DNA of 34,512 nucleotides from a bacterium (GTDB lineage Bacteria; Chlamydiota; Chlamydiia; Chlamydiales; 2-12-FULL-49-11): NCBI GenBank assembly GCA_022600215.1, contig JAHZKV010000090.1, positions 1 to 34,512 of the forward strand, read 5' to 3'. Shown piece by piece: positions 31,971 to 34,512 of this stretch (position 1 is its first letter; each line of letters starts with the position of its first letter). The notes under the pieces were generated by a model. It saw only the letters and a program-made list of their open reading frames with translations, ran no database searches and was not told where the DNA came from. The position numbers and the translations under genes were made by a program.

Positions 31971-32705
31971 ATGAAAAAAATTATTATAGCAAACTGGAAA
32001 ATGCACAAGCTTCGCAAGGAAGCAGTAGATTTTGTGGAAAATCTTTCTGCTCAAAAAGAAGTTGATATTGCGATTATTCCATCATTTCTTGCGCTAAGAG
32101 ATCTAAAAAATGCTGCTCCTAAAGAGATTGCTATTGGATCTCAAAATATGTCTGAGCATAGCCATGGAGCTTTTACTGGCGAGATATCTGCTTCTATGCT
32201 GAAAGATGTGGGCGCAGATTTTGTGATGCTTGGTCATAGTGAGCGCCGTAAGATCTTTTTAGAGAGTAATGATGTGATTACCAAAAAAGTTGAGCGGGCT
32301 GTGGTAGAAAATATGCCTTTTGTTCTGTGTGTAGGGGAGACTCTTGATGAAAGGGAGCTGGGGGAGACCAAAGAGGTGATCTCTGTAATGCTGGATGCTC
32401 TCTCTGCTTTGATTGGTTCTCATTGGGACCTTGTCACTATTGCTTACGAACCAGTTTGGGCTATTGGCTCTGGAAAAGTTGCTACCCCTGATATTATTTC
32501 AGAGGTACATAACTATATCCGAGAAAAGTTGTTAGAGTTCACTCCAGAAAAAGGGGAGGGGATTCGTATTTTGTACGGTGGCTCTGTAAAGAGCGACAAT
32601 ATCGCAGAAATTTTGTCTATTGATAATGTAGATGGTGCCCTTGTTGGAGGTGCATCGCTTGATCCATTATCATTTAATCAGTTGATAAACGAGGTAAGTA
32701 TCTAA
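31971..32705 (+). CDS. tpiA: Triosephosphate isomerase
   Basis: MKKIIIANWKMH, GHSERR, AYEPVWAIGSG, LYGGSV. The track's TTG at 31953 would fall inside the promoter-like element. Confidence 0.93.
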   Translation: MKKIIIANWKMHKLRKEAVDFVENLSAQKEVDIAIIPSFLALRDLKNAAPKEIAIGSQNMSEHSHGAFTGEISASMLKDVGADFVMLGHSERRKIFLESNDVITKKVERAVVENMPFVLCVGETLDERELGETKEVISVMLDALSALIGSHWDLVTIAYEPVWAIGSGKVATPDIISEVHNYIREKLLEFTPEKGEGIRILYGGSVKSDNIAEILSIDNVDGALVGGASLDPLSFNQLINEVSI

Positions 32706-32998
32706 TGTCATTATTATTTTTTCTATTTATATTCTTGTATTTGGGCGTAGCGGTTCTCTTATCGTTGCTTGTGATGATGCAAGAGAGCAAAACTTTAGGT
32801 CTAGGAGCATCTTTTGGTGGAGATAGCTCTTCATCCGTATTTGGATCCTCTACTGCAGATGTGGTAAAAAAGATCACCGCTTACTTGGCTGTAGCATTTT
32901 TTGCTGGATGTATGATCTTAACTTATTGGTCTCATGGTCTTTCTAAAATTCCTACCGCAAAACCCGTAGAAATTGAATCGGTTGAAGATGTAGAGTAA
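32705..32998 (+). CDS. secG: Preprotein translocase subunit SecG
   Basis: 97 aa, two TM helices. LLVMMQESKTLGLGASFGG is the SecG signature region. TAATG overlap with tpiA. Confidence 0.88.
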   Translation: MSLLFFLFIFLYLGVAVLLSLLVMMQESKTLGLGASFGGDSSSSVFGSSTADVVKKITAYLAVAFFAGCMILTYWSHGLSKIPTAKPVEIESVEDVE

Positions 32999-33007
32999 GA
33001 GGAAGCA

Positions 33008-33577
33008 ATGAAAGAACTATGCTATCTAGGAGAGCCTGTCCTCCGTAAAAAATGTAAAGAGGTGGAGGAGATCACTCCTTTTGTGAAAAAGGTGATCAAT
33101 GAACTGATTTCAACGGTCAAAGCACAAAATGGCGCAGGCCTTGCAGCTCCTCAAATTGGATATGATCTTCGTATCTTCGTTAACATTTGGGGAAAGGAAA
33201 CGGAGGAAGATGGTTACCCCGAGGTGCTAGAAGAACCAGAAGTGTATATCAATCCCGTGATCACTCGCTTTTCAGAAAAGAAATTCGTCAAACCAGAGGG
33301 ATGTCTCTCTATTCCTGGCGTAACAGTAGATGTTTCTCGATCTTACGATATTGATATTGAATATACCAATCGTGATGGCAAAAGAGTCACTTCTAAAAAA
33401 GAGCACACCTGGCGTGCCAAGTGCCTGCAGCATGAAATTGACCATCTAAATGGCATTTTATTTATCGACTATTTCTCCGAAGCACAAAAAAAGAAAGTAG
33501 CTTCCCAGCTTATTGCCCTCGAAAAGCGGACCAAAGATCAAAAAAGTAAAGTGATGGGCAAAGACATCTTTGGTTAG
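33008..33577 (+). CDS. def: Peptide deformylase
   Basis: 189 aa. The three PDF motifs GAGLAAPQIG, EGCLSIPG, HEIDHLNG. SD GAGGA upstream. Confidence 0.95.
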   Translation: MKELCYLGEPVLRKKCKEVEEITPFVKKVINELISTVKAQNGAGLAAPQIGYDLRIFVNIWGKETEEDGYPEVLEEPEVYINPVITRFSEKKFVKPEGCLSIPGVTVDVSRSYDIDIEYTNRDGKRVTSKKEHTWRAKCLQHEIDHLNGILFIDYFSEAQKKKVASQLIALEKRTKDQKSKVMGKDIFG

Positions 33578-34383
33578 TTGTCTCTAAGAAGTGTTTGATT
33601 ACGATCATGGATCAGTTTTTGAATTCTCTCTATTGCAAGGTCTCTTTGGCCTTTTGTCATAGAATTTTTAGGGTTTGAGTATATCATGTATAGCGGAAGG
33701 AGCAAATCCTTGGTAGTTTGTGCATTCTCAATCATAACTTTGTAAGTGGTGGAGGTAGCAGATGTTGCTAATTTTTGTATTTCAGTTTTATTATTAGCTT
33801 CTCTTTCTATTCTATTAATATGAGGCTGTAACTTGAAATATTGGGTTACCAAAATAATAATTAAAAACCCAATTAGAGCCCATCTATAAGCAGGGGTACC
33901 TTTCGTAAGAGAAACGATAGCACAAGAACTAATGCACCCAAAAAAGGGACCTACAATACATCCTTGTAGTTCTGATCGCTCATTGTCCCATTGATCCTCT
34001 ATCTTTGGAACTCCTAAATGAAATAAAATAGGATCTTCTGTTAAACACGAACGGTTTGGATGTACATAGTAATGATCAATATACATTGCTACACCTGAAA
34101 TAAGAGGAATACTATATAAAAACCAAATAAAATAGATTTTTTTCAAAACAAGCTCTTCATTTATAATTGAGCTGCAAACAAGACTCATAGATACTTGAAT
34201 AGTAAATACAAAAAAGGAAGAGATTACAATGATCCAACGCTGCCATATTTCTAGAACTCTTTGATTGTATTTACGTTCTTTTCGAATAGCATTTAGCATC
34301 CCAGGTTGGACTTCAAACGTTTCTCTATAATCCATTTCCTGAAAAAATAAAGAAGCAGCATCTGATCTAGTTTGTGGCAACAT
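33574..34383 (-). CDS. Hypothetical 4-TM membrane protein with a helical C-terminal tail
   Basis: 269 aa. Hydrophobic segments WIIVISSFFVFTIQVSMSLV, IYFIWFLYSIPLISGVAMYI, CIVGPFFGCISSCAIVSL, WALIGFLIIILVTQYF. No recognised domain. Its stop codon overlaps the def stop (TTAG). Confidence 0.6.
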   Translation of the reverse strand: MLPQTRSDAASLFFQEMDYRETFEVQPGMLNAIRKERKYNQRVLEIWQRWIIVISSFFVFTIQVSMSLVCSSIINEELVLKKIYFIWFLYSIPLISGVAMYIDHYYVHPNRSCLTEDPILFHLGVPKIEDQWDNERSELQGCIVGPFFGCISSCAIVSLTKGTPAYRWALIGFLIIILVTQYFKLQPHINRIEREANNKTEIQKLATSATSTTYKVMIENAQTTKDLLLPLYMIYSNPKNSMTKGQRDLAIERIQKLIHDRNQTLLRDN

Positions 34384-34512
34384 ATTAAGCCCTCCATATA
34401 TGTAACAAACAAGTTTAGTCTAAGCATTATTTTAGACCAATATAAATGATGGTTTTTACATAATGTAAATTATCAGACGTTTCTAGGAGGTTGTTTATCA
34501 TAAGAAAAAACC

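Noticed and set aside
1-34512. Scan for CRISPR arrays, IS elements, tRNA/rRNA genes and long direct repeats
   Set aside because: I noticed no regularly spaced repeats, no transposase-like ORF and no tRNA T-arm or cloverleaf-like sequence (for example GGTTCGAATCC). This scan was by eye only. tRNAscan-SE, Infernal and a self-dot-plot would be needed to be definitive.

Overview
Low-GC (roughly 38-40% by eye), very gene-dense bacterial chromosome segment, most likely from a member of the Chlamydiota, probably an environmental (non-Chlamydiaceae) lineage. Supporting this: a 1790-aa tandem-duplicated UvrA, a membrane DacA c-di-AMP cyclase, cydAB, the uvrA/pyk and xseAB/tpiA neighbourhoods, and many overlapping starts and stops. 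Left to right: folC (partial); the lgt / PIN-TRAM / acpS operon; a 1260-aa Sec-signal RHS/YD-repeat protein that stops before the canonical Rhs C-terminal plug and toxin; rlmH; a 620-aa orphan helical protein; ssb; two tiny basic lipoprotein ORFs below the 60-aa ORF-track cutoff; SRP (4.5S) RNA; uvrA; a four-gene island of small basic/coiled-coil proteins, three of them tandem paralogues; pyk with an extra C-terminal PEP-utilizer-like domain; rsmE; a 56-aa ORF in the cdaR/ybbR position; dacA; aroD divergent from aroB-aroA-aroK-aroC; cydAB; a cluster of four hairpins; an Inc-like membrane ORF; nadK, xseB, xseA; tpiA-secG-def; a 4-TM orphan. I recognised no rRNA, tRNA, CRISPR array, transposase or integrase. 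The best candidate for something undescribed is the small-protein island between uvrA and pyk (16.4-18.1 kb). Secondary candidates are the toxin-less Rhs shell, the truncated cdaR-like ORF next to dacA, and the mini-lipoprotein pair. All functional calls come from motif recognition by eye; no database search was run.
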